This document shows positions 26,121 through 39,404 of a stretch of DNA of 64,000 nucleotides, piece by piece. The notes below the pieces were generated by a model that was not told where the DNA came from, made no database searches, and saw only the letters and a program-made list of their open reading frames with translations. Source of the stretch: Macrostomum lignano (taxonomy: Eukaryota); NCBI GenBank assembly GCA_002269645.1, contig NIVC01001201.1, positions 124,001-188,000 on the forward strand. The letters are read 5' to 3'. Numbering within the stretch: the first letter of the stretch is position 1; each line of letters starts with the position of its first letter. Position numbers and translations under genes: made by a program.

Positions 26121-26355
26121 TTGGGCTATAAACAATAAACATCCTATGCACATCTCAAATGCATTGGTATTGCTTCACTAAGTAAACGAAGCATGCAGTG
26201 ACATGGCTTGACACACCCAAAGTATCAGAAGTTACGAAATACTCTCTACTTTTTGAACAATTTATAAAATGTGTTCCAGATTTATAGTAGCAGATTTAGC
26301 AGTAGGATGTGAAGGGTATTACGTTGCATCTGTCTATGGTCTGTTTGCCTTAGAT

Positions 26356-26667
26356 CAGGGTTGGCAAACTTCTGGCTACCTTAAAGGCCAGATAAAGAAT
26401 CTAGCTTATGGCTACAGGCCAGATGAGAGTAGAAAGCGAGAGAATAGATGAGAGATGAAAGAAAAGAGGAGAAGCGATAGATGCTATGAGAGAACAGACA
26501 AGAAAGAATAGGGGAGAGAGGAGAGAAAGGGAGATAAGAGAAAGGAGGGGATTAGAGAGGAGAACAAAGAACAGACAAACCTTGAGCAGGCCAGATTGCT
26601 ATTGTGAAGTTTCAAAGGACCAAAGGCCAGATAGAGAGGTTATATAGAGCAAATTTTTTAACCCCTG
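26356..26667. mobile_element. hAT-like MITE with GA-rich interior
   Basis: Ends CAGGGTTGGCAAAC / AACCCCTG; 8-bp TSD CCTTAGAT/CTTTAGAT (one mismatch). Confidence 0.65.
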
Positions 26668-28010
26668 CTTTAGATGTGCGGCCATTTGTACTTTTTAGAC
26701 TAGTGAGAGTGTAGGTCTACAGGCTGGGCCGTCTCTCACATCTGGAAAATCTGCATGCCTGCCATGTCAAAGAAGAACTGCAGCTCTTCCTGCCCCAAAA
26801 ATACGCCGAAACTCCCCAGCAATCCTCCGCAATTTAGCGCTTAAAAATGTTCGTCGATTTTTCGGCAGTCTGCGTTTGCACCTACGAGTACCACCACATT
26901 TACCTGCCTCATCTGCTTGTCTTTGTTGCTCCTGTCATTCTACGTCATAGGGGTCAGCAAACTCCGGCTCGCAGAGCCTCTATTGACCCACGCCTTGGGG
27001 CTTAGGGTTTGTGTCTTCTCAGCTCAGATTTCCTCTCCTCTCCGCTCTCCCCTCTTTTTTCTTCTCTCTTCTCTCCTCTCTCCCCTCTTCCCCTTTCTTC
27101 TCTTATCTCCTCTACCTTCTATTCCCTCTCCTTTCCTGCCTCCTCTTTCGCAGCCATAAAGTTTTCATTAAATAAAATTCCTTAAACCTGCAGGTGGCAC
27201 CGGTCTGACTTGAAAAATATTGAGCCTGCTTTTTTCAAAAGAAGTAGAAGCTTTTGTCAAGCTCATCCTCATTGTATGGGGGGGCATCCAAACTCAGTTA
27301 TCTCACTCTACAGCCATGCAATAATCTACAATATTCATTCGCAATTTCTAAACCTGCAATTTGAAGTTTACAAGACTGCTTTCAATCCAGATATCAGAAT
27401 CCAGAGCTCCCTGGACCGGCCCTTTTCCATCTCATCCAAAGTGCAAAATATGCATCACAGCTGTGGGGGGGGGGATGAAAGGGCCAAATGAATGCGGGAG
27501 ATTGTGAAGCCTAGAACTGGCTGGGTAAAAAGCCAGTCCCCCAGTCTGTCTTTGCCTCCTGACCCTGAGCGCAAGCTGACTGTACATGCAATTCTCTCTA
27601 TTCTTTCTCTCCCTTCCACGCTTCTCTCGCGTGAGCCTTGTGGATTGATTTGATTGGCTGGGTCAGGGAAAGATCCTCGGAGCTTTATGAAGTCCCCATA
27701 TTTTCCCCTCTGCTGTCCGCCGGGAAAATTCCGTCCCCTATCCAGTTCTCCCACCTCTAGCGCAAGGCCTTTTAGTCCCTGCCAGCCCTGCTCTGCCGGT
27801 TCTCCCACCGTTATCTCCTGTTTTCTGCTAAGCCTGCCTGTTTGCCTGTCTTTCTCTGCTTCAGTCAGTCGGAATCGCCCGTAACATATTTAAAGTAAGT
27901 GTTGGTCTTGGAGTCCAGCTTGTTATAGACTTAAAGTTATCATTTTATTCTTTGTCAAACAAAAATTTCACACTTGAATAGTAAGCTTAACACTTAGCTA
28001 TCAAGCTAGC

Positions 28011-28628
28011 GTTGCATAGGGGAGTTGTGGCCCCCAGTAGCATTGCATGGAGAGGGGTTGTGGCCCCCAGTAGCATTGCATGGGGGGGGGTTGTGGCCCC
28101 CAGTAGCATTGCATGGGGGGTTGTGGCCCCCAGTAGCATTGCATGGGGGTTGTGGCCCCCAGTAGCATTGCATGGAGGGGGGTTGTGGCCCCCAGTAGCA
28201 TTGCATGGAGGGGGTTGTGGCCCCCAGTAGCATTGCATGGGGGGGTTGTGGCCCCCAGTAGCATTGCATGGGGGTTGTGGCCCCCAGTAGCATTGCATGG
28301 GGGTTGTGGCCCCCAGTAGCATTGCATGGAGGGGGGTTGTGGCCCCGAGTAGCATTGCATGGGGGGGTTGTGGCCCCCAGTAGCATTGCATGGGGGGTTG
28401 TGGCCCCCAGTAGCATTGCATGGGGGGTTGTGGCCCTCAGTAGCATTGCATGGGGGGTTGTGGCCCCCAGTAGCATTGCATGGGGGGTTGTGGCCCCCAG
28501 TAGCATTGCATGGGGGAGTTGTGGCCCCCAGTAGCATTGCATGGAGGGGGGTTGTGGCCCCCAGTAGCATTGCATGGGGGTTGTGGCCCCCAGTAGCATT
28601 GCATGGGGGAGTTGTGGCCCCCAGTAGC
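28011..28628. repeat. ~30-bp G-rich minisatellite (GGGGGTTGTGGCCCCCAGTAGCATTGCATG) upstream of the ATPase beta ATG
   Basis: About 20 tandem units with variable G-run. Confidence 0.97.
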
Positions 28629-28801
28629 GCCGTTGAATTACTCAAATATTCCGCCTCCTAAAATGCCAATCCATCCATTCAGATTAATCCCATCAGTATT
28701 AATTTTCCCATTTTCAGCGCATCGAACTCCCCGGCTCAAGCCGCTACTGAGCAAATTCCGCAAGGTGCCACACAGCCACAGCAGCCCCTATTAGAATCGC
28801 C

Positions 28802-29060
28802 ATGGCGGAGGACAACCAGCACGAGGCCTTCGTGCCCGAGCCCGAGTTCGAGGAGCCCTCCAAGGTGTCTCGGTGCGCCGCTTTCCTCCACTTTTTGTAC
28901 AACAAGCAGACAGGCAAGGTCATGGGCCGCAGCGGCATGTCCTGGCTGAAGATCCTCATCTTCTACGCCATCTTCTACAGCTGCTTGGCCGGCTTCTTTG
29001 TGGGCATGCTGTCCGTCTTCATGTACGGCGTGCTGGTGGACAACCAGCCTCACCGCACTG
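28802..29060 (+). CDS. ATP1B: Na+/K+-ATPase beta subunit exon 1 (cytoplasmic + TM)
   Basis: FLYN..G.VMGRSGMSWLKILIFYAIFY..LAGFF motif; donor G|GTAAAT. Confidence 0.95.
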
Positions 29061-29094
29061 GTAAATCTCCTGCTGCTCATACTAAGGGGGTACA

Positions 29095-29795
29095 CAGTTG
29101 CTGGGCCAGCCTCCCAGCTCCTCAGTTGCTGGGCCAGCCTCCCAGCTCCTCAGTTGCTGGGCCAGCCTCCCAGCTCTTCAGTTGCTGGGCCAGCCTCCCA
29201 GCTCCTCAGTTGCTTGGCCAGCCTCCCAGCTCCTCAGTTGCTGGGCCAGCCTCCCAGCTCCTCAGTTGCTGGGCAAGCCTCCCAGCTCCTCAGTTGCTGG
29301 GCCAGCCTCCCAGCTCCTCAGTTGCTGGGCCAGCCTCCCAGCTCCTCAGTTGCTGGGCCAGCCTCCCAGCTCCTCAGTTGCTGGGCCAGCCTCCCAGCTC
29401 CTCAGTTGCTGGGCCAGCCTCCCAGCTCCTCAGTTGCTGGGCCAGCCTCCCAGCTCCTCAGTTGCTGGGCCAGCCTCCCACAGTGTCAGTTGCTGCGCCA
29501 GCCTCCCAGATACTCAGTTGCTGGGCCAGCCTCCCAGATCCTCAGTTGCTGGGCCAGCCTCCCAGCTCCTCAGTTGCTGGGCCAGCCTCCCACAGTGTCA
29601 GTTGCTGCGCCAGCCTCCCAGATACTCAGTTGCTGGGCCAGCCTCCCAGATCCTCAGTTGCTGGGCCAGTCCCCCACAGTGTCAGTTGCTGCGCCAGCCT
29701 CCCAGATACTCAGTTGCTGGGCCAGCCTCCCAGAGTGTCAGTTGCTGGGCCAGCCTTCCAGATTCTCAGCCTTCCAGATCCTCAGTTGCTGGGCC
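29095..29795. repeat. 28-bp minisatellite (CTGGGCCAGCCTCCCAGCTCCTCAGTTG), ATP1B intron 1
   Basis: Tandem units, diverging toward the 3' end. Confidence 0.97.
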
Positions 29796-29913
29796 ACTGC
29801 CACTGCACTTTTCCATATCACAGAATCCGAACTCTAGCCGTGAATCTGGGACCCTGGCCACTCACTATCCAGTCTGTAATCTCACCCCACCCCCACCCCG
29901 CCCCCACTGTCAG

Positions 29914-30143
29914 GCGACAATTCGCTGCTGCAGATGAACCCCGGCCTGGGCTTCCGGCCGCAGCCGGACATGAGCAGCACCCTGATCGAGTTCACCGCCG
30001 GCAAGCCGGGCTCCTACGCCCGCCTGGTGGCCAACATTCAGGAGCTGTTCGACACCTACAAGCGGATCGAGCTCAAGCCCGAGCAGGTGCATGTCCGCGC
30101 CGGCTGCCAGCCCGACAGCAAACCGGACGGCCAGCCATTCAAG
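29914..30143 (+). CDS. ATP1B: Na+/K+-ATPase beta subunit exon 2
   Basis: NPGLGFRP motif; AG/GTGAG boundaries; phases 1 and 0. Confidence 0.95.
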
Positions 30144-30204
30144 GTGAGGCTGGCTCGCCTAAATCCGGGGAATCTTTGCTATCTGCATTGGGTGCCCCAT
30201 GTGT

Positions 30205-30856
30205 AAAATGGGATCTTGATGCTCAAAATGGTATCTTAATGCTCAAATGGGATCTTAATGCTCAAAATGGGATCTTGATGCTCAAAATGGGATCTTGATG
30301 TTCTAAATGGGATCTTGATGCTCTAAATGGGATCTTGATGCTCTAAATGGGATCTTGATGCTCTAAATGGGATCTTGATGCTCGAAATGGGATCTTGATG
30401 CTCGAAATGGTATCTTAATGCTCAAAATGGGATCTTAATGCTCAAAATGGAATCTTAATGCTCAAGATGGGATCTTGATGCTCAAAATGGTATCTTAATG
30501 CTCAAAATGGGATCTTAATGCTCTAAATGGAATCTTGATGCTCAAAATGGGATCTTGATGCTCTAAATGGAATCTTGATGCTCAAAATGGGATCTTGATG
30601 TTCTAAATGGGATCTTGATGCTCTAAATGGGATCTTGATGCTCTAAATGGGATCTTGATGCTCTAAATGGAATCTTGATGCTCGAAATGGAATCTTGATG
30701 CTCGAAATGGAATCTTAATGCTCTAAATGGAATCTTGATGCTCAAAATGGGATCTTGATGTTCTAAATGGGATCTTGATGCTCTAAATGGGATCTTGATG
30801 CTCTAAATGGGATCTTGATGCTCTAAATGGAATCTTGATGCTCGAAATGGGATCAA
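30205..30856. repeat. 20-bp minisatellite (AAATGGGATCTTGATGCTCT), start of ATP1B intron 2
   Basis: Tandem units. Confidence 0.97.
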
Positions 30857-33800
30857 ATGCTCCTTCAAATAAGATGTTGATGGTCAAAATAGTATTGATG
30901 TTCAAGGTGATGGATGGATGTAACAATGATAGAAAACTAAAATTGTTGGAGGCTACGTACGGGTCGTTCTCAAAGCTAGGTCACAACTTTTTGTTATTGC
31001 AAAAAAAGTTTATACATCGACCAATAATCGTACAAAAAAAATTCTTTTGACAATTTCTGTAAGAAGCTGCTACTAAAACCACAAGAAAACTTGAAATTGA
31101 GAAGAAATCAAGGCTATTTGTTATTCTTTGTTGCGGAAAATAAACGACAAAAATATTAAAGAGAAAATAAAATTTTCTTTCATTTTTATTTTAAATATGC
31201 AGTTAAATTTCTTTTGCAAAAATAAAAGAACAAGAAATTGACAAAGGAAATGTTTTTGAGCACAGCATTTTGTTACTCTGCTCTAAATCCCAGACATTTA
31301 AAATTATCGTGTGCGAAAAAGTGCGAAATTATTATAGCATGCAGTCGAAAGAACTTCGATCAGTTTAACTAATCACTGAATTGAGAAGTCTAAATAAGTC
31401 TTGAAAGGTTGAATTAAAAATCAAGTTTTCACTATGTATCTTTTCAAAGGCAAGATGATTCGACAAATGAAGAATGTTCATTTTTACCTTGAATAGAATT
31501 GTTCATTTTTACATTAAATATAATAAAATCTAACTAATAATAGAAAAAGTCAGGGAACTATCCTTGAACACCAAAAAGCACATTGTGGATTTAATATCGA
31601 CTGCATGTTCCTTAATAAAGGAATTCAGATACTAGTATATATTTGATTATTTGTAGCATAATTTCTGAAAACTACAACTTGCTTGATTTTACTTTAAGTA
31701 CTCATTACATTAATACTTATACCAAAGCTACATGTACTTAAAATAAAAAATCATAGTTACTTATTAGACATTTTACTCCAATTAACTTAAAATAATTCAA
31801 ATTTATTTTAATTAATTCATTTTTTGAAACTTTTTGGAAAATAGACAAAATTGAATTATTTAATTACCAAAAACCTACTAGCTTAACTAAAATAGCAATT
31901 AGTCTTTAAGAAAAGATTTCACTTGTTAATTGAGAAAAATGAGGATGTGCGAGGTGTAAAAATGCGAAAGAGCATGCAGGAAACAGAGACAAACAAAAAT
32001 GTAGGTAAAAGACACTGCACATGCACATAATATGATAACCAGACATAATGCGCACACTGAAACACCAGTAGCAATGACGCCCAAGCTTTTGATGATCACA
32101 AGCGAAAAGGCAAAACCCAGCCATCAATCAAAGAAGTAGACTATAGCACGCATCTTGAGTGCATCACGCATTTTTTGCAGAGAAGCTCGAAAATTAACAT
32201 TGTATTCTGTGCACAACCACCAACTGCGACAGGGTCTGCCGGGGGATTTGTGGGCACGCGGTCGCGGATACAAATCGGAGGAGTCGCTGACCATTCTGAA
32301 ATTACTAGCTAGTACATGTAATTTTGTGTATTAATATATTTAGCCCGCTTTATTTCTATGCTCTCGTCTGCCTCTCGTTAATGCATCCCCAGACTCATGC
32401 AATAATCAAACTTATGATCGAACTATGCATGGCTTCCGTCCCTCGCTTTGAATCTCTCACCTCCCCATAGTTCCATCAACCTTACCGTAGTGGCTTCCTA
32501 TGCAAAAATCATCCCTCCGCATCTTACACAGGCTACTTCAGGCTGTAGACTGTACTACACTATTAATTAGTTGCGCTAAGGAATCTACATGTATTTGCTC
32601 GCAGCGCAGCGCGCTGCTCAAAGAAGTTTAGATCTGTCTAGATATTCTAGTAATTTCAGGTTTGTCCATAGACTAGAGCTCATGAGATGAGAATTCCATT
32701 AACTAGTACGTTTAATGTGAATGAACTGCGTGTGTGTGTGCTGTGCATACATATGTATAATATACGAGTAGTTTATGGGCCAAATTATTGTGTGGCACAA
32801 TTCTTGGCATCACTCAGCAGGCACAAGATGCAGTTAAGCAGCGCACGAAAATTCTACAAAAGAAATTGAGCCTGGTTGAGGTGATGCGAGGAGGCAGATC
32901 CACACAATCTCAGTGAATACACCAGACTGCACCAGATACGAGTCCAGTCGAATGTGCGCACTGGTCTAAGCAGCACACGCATGTCCTCCTGACAATGACG
33001 GCACCTAGCTTCGTCCAAGCCTTTGCCAGCGTCACTGACAGCGTCAATACTACCATGCAGTGCCACCTGCAGCACCGACAACGGCAATTCCTCCAGTTAG
33101 CCCACTACAGTGGCTAAACTGAGGGACAGGGAACCTACCCACAGAAGACACACACATACACACACAGCACCGGCAGCAGCACTCTGACAGCATAACCTAA
33201 AGCTCCATGAGCTCAGTTTTCAAGCATTGAAGAAGCAGAAGCAGTCATCTTGAATCCAGGGATCAGGAAGAGTGTTGCATGTCCGACATGTGCTGTTTCC
33301 GTGGCAAAAGGTGATGGAGCAAATTAATCAACACTTACTATCTAGCTCGTATTAAGACTAAAAAACTGAGGCAAGCTGGGATTAAACCAAAGAAAATTTT
33401 TTACTATACTTTTTTACCATGTACTTTTACTATACTTCTATAGTATAGTAGAGAGGTACTCTATTTAAATGCAGTAAGAAGTGAAACAAATTTATATATT
33501 TAATTATTAAATTAAATTAATTCAAGGTAAATAACTAATTTAACCAATTTATTAGGAGTATTTAATATTATAATAAATTGATTTTTATACCTTACACGAA
33601 ATAAGCTCTACATTCATTTCTTAGCTTGGGGCCCATCTGTATAAGGTCAGTTTCTTCAAAATGCTGATTAATTAATTAAGGCCTGTTGTCTTTACTTAAA
33701 TTTATAAGGGCATCTTAGAAGTTAATATTACTATATAATACATGTATAATATTATTACTATATTATAATAATATAGTTGCAATTTTAATGACTATTGAAT

Positions 33801-35075
33801 AAGTCTAAATGCTTCCCCTATTGACTCTAAATATATGGTATCTTTCCCTTCAGAAAAAATTAGCATAGAATGACTTGATGAAAACAAAAAAAAATCATTT
33901 CGAGATACACATTTGCTGATCATTCAGGTCAAATTTCAAGGTCCAGTTTTGCACATGTTTCTCTGTAGCTTGGTTACAAGGATTCTAATAAAAATATAAT
34001 AAATATGTCCAATGAACTAACTGATACATAGCCAAATTGAAGTATTTTCAAAAACAAAAAAAATCATTTGCTCAGTTTACTTTACTGGATATCTGTGTAA
34101 AATTTCAGCTCAAAAGGTGCTCCATGGAGAATGCTAGTGTGGTTACAGGATATGTATTTTGTGCTTCAAAGTAGGAGTTTATTGCGATGCATGGTTGCTT
34201 TTAATTATTTTTATCAACAATAGTGCTCTATTTCATAACAATTTTTTACAAAAAGATAATAAGACATGTTTTTCTAATTATCTGCATCAAAATGTATCAT
34301 TTTAAGCGCACATTCTAGACGTCAGCTGAAAAATACATTTTGTGAGACGCAAAGAGGCTATCCCACCGGAAATGCTAGGCGTACAGTTAAGCGTCTATAA
34401 AATCATTTATAGTGCAGTTTATTAAGCTTTAAAAAAAATCTTAAATTAAATTTATATAAGCTTTCATTTTAAATGTAATATAGCAAGTTTTCAACTCAAC
34501 AACAACTTTTTTTAGCTACAGACATCATAGTGTCAAAAATTAGGACATCGGTGAAGTGATTGAATTTGAATTTTTTCATCACCTAATATCGCCTAATACC
34601 GCAAGACAACTTAAAACACTTTTGCAACATAAATTTCAACCCAAAAATTATCTTTATTCACAGATGAAAGTGTCCTATTATTTTCAATACGGCAGTAACA
34701 ATAGTAAATGTTCCGAAAATTGTTAAAATTTTCGCTCCTCCCAGAATTTGAGAACGACCCGTACATTAGGAAGTACAATCCTAGCTTAAACGTTCAGCCT
34801 TAACTGATTGGTTTGTTAGTTAAAAGTTTACAGCATGTACATCTTTTTTCGTTCTTTCTGTTTTTTGTTCGCTCAATATTTTTCGATTTAATTTAAATAC
34901 ATTCTCGTTTGTGTTTTCGATGGTTCGTTTGCCCTGAAGATGTCCGCTTTGGACGAAACGCGTCGGCAGTTTAAATAGATTAAATGTTTGTTTTGACGTT
35001 TGCTCTTTTGTCAAAATAGTATTTTGATCGTGTTTGGGATATTATAAAGTACATTCAGCCCTTCCAACCCGCCAG

Positions 35076-35375
35076 GTCTGCAAGTTCAACTGGACCCGAG
35101 AGCTGCCCGACTGTCTGCCCGCAAACGACTTCGGCTATGCCTCTGGCCAGCCCTGTGTTGTGCTCAAGCTCAACAAGATCTTCGGCTGGTTGCCCGACCC
35201 GGTGGACGAGCGGGCGCCGCACGCGCTCGTTGAGTGCCACGGCGAGAACCCCGCCGACACCGAGAGCATCGGCGATGTCGCCTACCAGCCGTCCGTGTCG
35301 CTGGAGAACAATGCCACCGGCGAGGTCACCACCTACGGGTTCTTCAACCAGGCCTTCTATCCCTACCTCAAGCAG
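35076..35375 (+). CDS. ATP1B: Na+/K+-ATPase beta subunit exon 3
   Basis: VCKF..C..DFGY..GQPCVVLKLNKIFGWLP..C.GE..FYPY motifs; AG/GT boundaries. Confidence 0.96.
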
Positions 35376-35404
35376 GTGCGAGCCGCCCCTGATCTGGCCT
35401 TCTG

Positions 35405-35945
35405 TCTACCCGCATCTACCCCATCTCTGTGCATCCATCCCATCTCTGTGCATCTATCCCATCTGTGTGCATCTATTCAATCTCTGCATCCATCCCGTCT
35501 CTGCAATAATCCCATCTCTGCATCTATCCTATCTCTGCATCTATCCTATCTCTGCATCTATCCTATCTCTGTGCATCTATCCCATCTCCATGCATGTATC
35601 CTATCTGTGTGCATCCATCCCATCTCCATGCATGTATCCCATCTCTGTGCATCTATCCCATCTCTGTGCATCTATCCCATCTCTGTGCATCTATCCCATC
35701 TCTGTGCATCTATCCCATCTCCATGCATGTATCCTATCTCTGTGCATCCATCCCATCCCCATGCATCTATCCCATCCCCATGCATCTATCCCATCCCCAT
35801 GCATCTATCCCATCTCTGTGCATCCATCTCATCTCTGTGCATTCATCCCATCTCTGTGCATTCATCCCATCGATGACATGCATCTATTCTATCATTCATC
35901 CCATCGATGACATGCATCTATTCTATCTCCGTTTATCTACCCTAT
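35405..35945. repeat. ~19-bp minisatellite (CCATCTCTGTGCATCTATC), ATP1B intron 3
   Basis: Tandem degenerate units. Confidence 0.95.
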
Positions 35946-35990
35946 CTCCCGTCCCTGTCTACCCCTTCTCCCCGTCTTAATCTCCCGCAG

Positions 35991-36149
35991 ATTGGCTACC
36001 GCGCCCCCCTGGTGGCCCTGAAGTTCAACAATCTGCGGCCCAACACGCTGGTGATGGTGGAGTGCGTGCTGCGCAACCTGCGCAACAGCCAGTACAGCAA
36101 GGTAGACAGGGAGGCCATGGCCCGCTTCGAGATCCTCATGAAGAAGTGA
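35991..36149 (+). CDS. ATP1B: Na+/K+-ATPase beta subunit exon 4 (last); total CDS 948 nt, 315 aa
   Basis: GYRAPLVALKF..VEC..F C-terminal motif; stop TGA. Confidence 0.95.
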   Translation: MGYRAPLVALKFNNLRPNTLVMVECVLRNLRNSQYSKVDREAMARFEILMKK

Positions 36150-36857
36150 TGAGCATCGCAGAGAGCTGTGGAACATTCTAGCAATTCGTTGAACCAGTTG
36201 GCTTGCTAAATAAGTTAAGGAATCTGTCATTTTTATGATCGAACTCATATTTATCGGATAATCTACTTGTGGCAGTAGTATGTGCCGTGTTAGACTTTTA
36301 AATTTTTTCTCGTCTCAATTGTTTCTAGTCAGTCAGCCAAGTCAGCGAGGGAGAACAGTTCGAATCTCATCGATAGTAAACTTGATTTAATTTGCTCTGG
36401 TCCGCAATAGTCCCTCACTGAGGCAATCTCAGCACTTTTTGTTTATTTCATTTTTATTATCTTAGAAAATAATTCGTTGCATGAAGCATTGCTAAATAAA
36501 TTTTCTTGTTTAGAATTTTTAAAAGTACATTGAAGCGACTATTTTAATATGTAGCTCTGAATAAAAATCTCCCGATCCTCCCACTAGTCAGTCGTGCTTT
36601 ACGAATGCAATGTTTTTTGTAGCAATATATTTATATACATATATCAATGGAAGTCATTTTTCTCATGCTTTTCCTCTGTGCGTGTTTTATTCGCCTTCAA
36701 AAACTGCAACTCTTAACACCTGCCGAAGGTCTGCTGGCAGCTCGCTTTATTCTGAATTTTTTAGTGCTCTAATTATCTTCTTTTCTCATCTTCTATTTGC
36801 GATTTTATTGAGAAACTTATTCGCCTGAGTTAATTGGTTTGTTAGCATCTATGAAAA

Positions 36858-38818
36858 ACCCCTTACCCAAAATGTACACCCCAGCCCCTGGCCAACCCCC
36901 TACCCCTAATGTACACCCCAGCCCCTGGCCAACTCCCTACCCCTAATGTACACCCCAGCCCCTGGCCAACTCCCTACCCCTAATGTACACCCAGCCCCTG
37001 GCCAACCCCCTACCCCTAATGTATACCCCAGCCCCTGGCCAACCCCCTTACCCACAATGTACACCCCAGCCCCTGGCCAACCCCCTACTCCTAATGTACA
37101 CCCCAGCCCCTGGCCAACCCCCTACCCCTAATGTATACCCCAGCCCCTGGCCAACCCCCTTACCCACAATGTACACCCCAGCCCCTGGCCAACCCCTACC
37201 CCTAATGTATACCCCAGCCCCTGGCCAACCCCCTTACCCACAATGTACACCCCAGCCCCTGGCCAACCCCTACCTCTAATGTATACCCCAGCCCCTGGCC
37301 AACCCCCTTACCCACAATGTACACCCCAGCCCCTGGCCAACCCTCTTACCCACAATGTACACCCCAGCCCCTGGCCAACTCCCTACCCCTAATGTACACC
37401 CCAGCCCCTGGCCAACTCCCTACCCCTAATGTACACCCAGCCCCTGGCCAACCCCCTACCCCTAATGTATACCCCAGCCCCTGGCCAACCCCCTTACCCA
37501 CAATGTACACCCCAGCCCCTGGCCAACCCCCTACTCCTAATGTACACCCCAGCCCCTGGCCAACCCCCTACCCCTAATGTATACCCCAGCCCCTGGCCAA
37601 CCCCCTTACCCACAATGTACACCCCAGCCCCTGGCCAACCCCTACCCCTAATGTATACCCCAGCCCCTGGCCAACCCCCTTACCCACAATGTACACCCCA
37701 GCCCCTGGCCAACCCCTACCTCTAATGTATACCCCAGCCCCTGGCCAACCCCCTTACCCACAATGTACACCCCAGCCCCTGGCCAACCCTCTTACCCACA
37801 ATGTACACCCCAGCCCCTGGCCAACCCTCTTACCCACAATGTACACCCCAGCCCCTGGCCAACCCTCTTACCCACAATGTACACCCCAGCCCCTGGCCAA
37901 CCCTCTTACCCACAATGTACACCCCAGCCCCTGGCCAACCCTCTTACCCACAATGTACACCCCAGCCCCTGGCCAACCCCCTTACCCACAATGTACACCC
38001 CAGCCCCTGGCCAACCCCCTACTCCTAATGTACACCCCAGCCCCTGGCCAACCCCCTACCCCTAATGTATACCCCAGCCCCTGGCCAACCCCCTTACCCA
38101 CAATGTACACCCCAGCCCCTGGCCAACCCCTACCCCTAATGTATACCCCAGCCCCTGGCCAACCCCCTTACCCACAATGTACACCCCAGCCCCTGGCCAA
38201 CCCCTACCTCTAATGTATACCCCAGCCCCTGGCCAACCCCCTTACCCACAATGTACACCCCAGCCCCTGGCCAACCCTCTTACCCACAATGTACACCCCA
38301 GCCCCTGGCCAACCCTCTTACCCACAATGTACACCCCAGCCCCTGGCCAACCCTCTTACCCACAATGTACACCCCAGCCCCTGGCCAACCCTCTTACCCA
38401 CAATGTACACCCCAGCCCCTGGCCAACCCCCTTACCCACAATGTACACCCCAGCCCCTGGCCAACCCCCTACTCCTAATGTACACCCCAGCCCCTGGCCA
38501 ACCCCCTACCCCTAATGTATACCCCAGCCCCTGGCCAACCCCCTTACCCACAATGTACACCCCAGCCCCTGGCCAACCCCTACCCCTAATGTATACCCCA
38601 GCCCCTGGCCAACCCCCTTACCCACAATGTACACCCCAGCCCCTGGCCAACCCCTACCTCTAATGTATACCCCAGCCCCTGGCCAACCCCCTTACCCACA
38701 ATGTACACCCCAGCCCCTGGCCAACCCTCTTACCCACAATGTACACCCCAGCCCCTGGCCAACCCTCTTACCCACAATGTACACCCCAGCCCCTGGCCAA
38801 CCCTCTTACCCACAATCT
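36858..38818. repeat. 37-38-bp C-rich minisatellite with ~446-450-bp higher-order repeat
   Basis: AATGTACACCCCAGCCCCTGGCCAACCCCCTTACCCAC units; identical ORF translations offset by 446 and 450 bp. Confidence 0.97.
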
Positions 38819-39404
38819 ACACTTACTACTTTGTCATCCTTATACCCTCACAATGTACATTTTGTTTTGTAGTGAAACCTTCCCAAACAATATAGGGGTA
38901 ATTTGGAAATTGTATCTATTCGAATATTAGTCTGTTTTTGTTTCAACTGCTAGTAGGCAAAATATTTTTTGCTGCTAATTTTCTCAGTGCTGCAATATAG
39001 TTGCTTTTCCGATCATCTGCTTTTGCTATTTATATGATTGCTTTCCCGAAGCAATATGTAGCGCTCCTCGGCGATCTTGGCAAATTTGTTCCCGTCAGCA
39101 GAGCGATGGCTGGCGGCAAAGCTGTTTATTGGCACGGGGCTCCCTTTGCCCCCACTGTAGCTGTCTCCACCCTGTTCACCCAGTCTCGTAGCGCTCTGAA
39201 TTTATTGCACATCACCGGCCGTCAATAAAACCGCCAGAGAAGCCACTTTCCCTGGCTTTTGTCACGCAAATTCAAATTGCAAGTCGAATAAGTTGGCCTT
39301 TGGTGACTAAACGAATTGCCGTGTTCTTGCTGCGCTTCACTGTCTCTCATGTTTTGGCCTGGTTACTGTAAGATTGCTGGAATTGTGTAATGCTTGACGT
39401 AGGC

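Noticed and set aside
28802-30298. 498-aa ORF as a single protein
   Set aside because: It is ATP1B exon 1 reading through a stop-free intronic minisatellite; the spliced model restores the family motifs
32700-33310. GC-richer patch in ATP1B intron 2 as an exon or transposase
   Set aside because: ATP1B exons 2 and 3 join in phase without it; no motif I can identify with confidence
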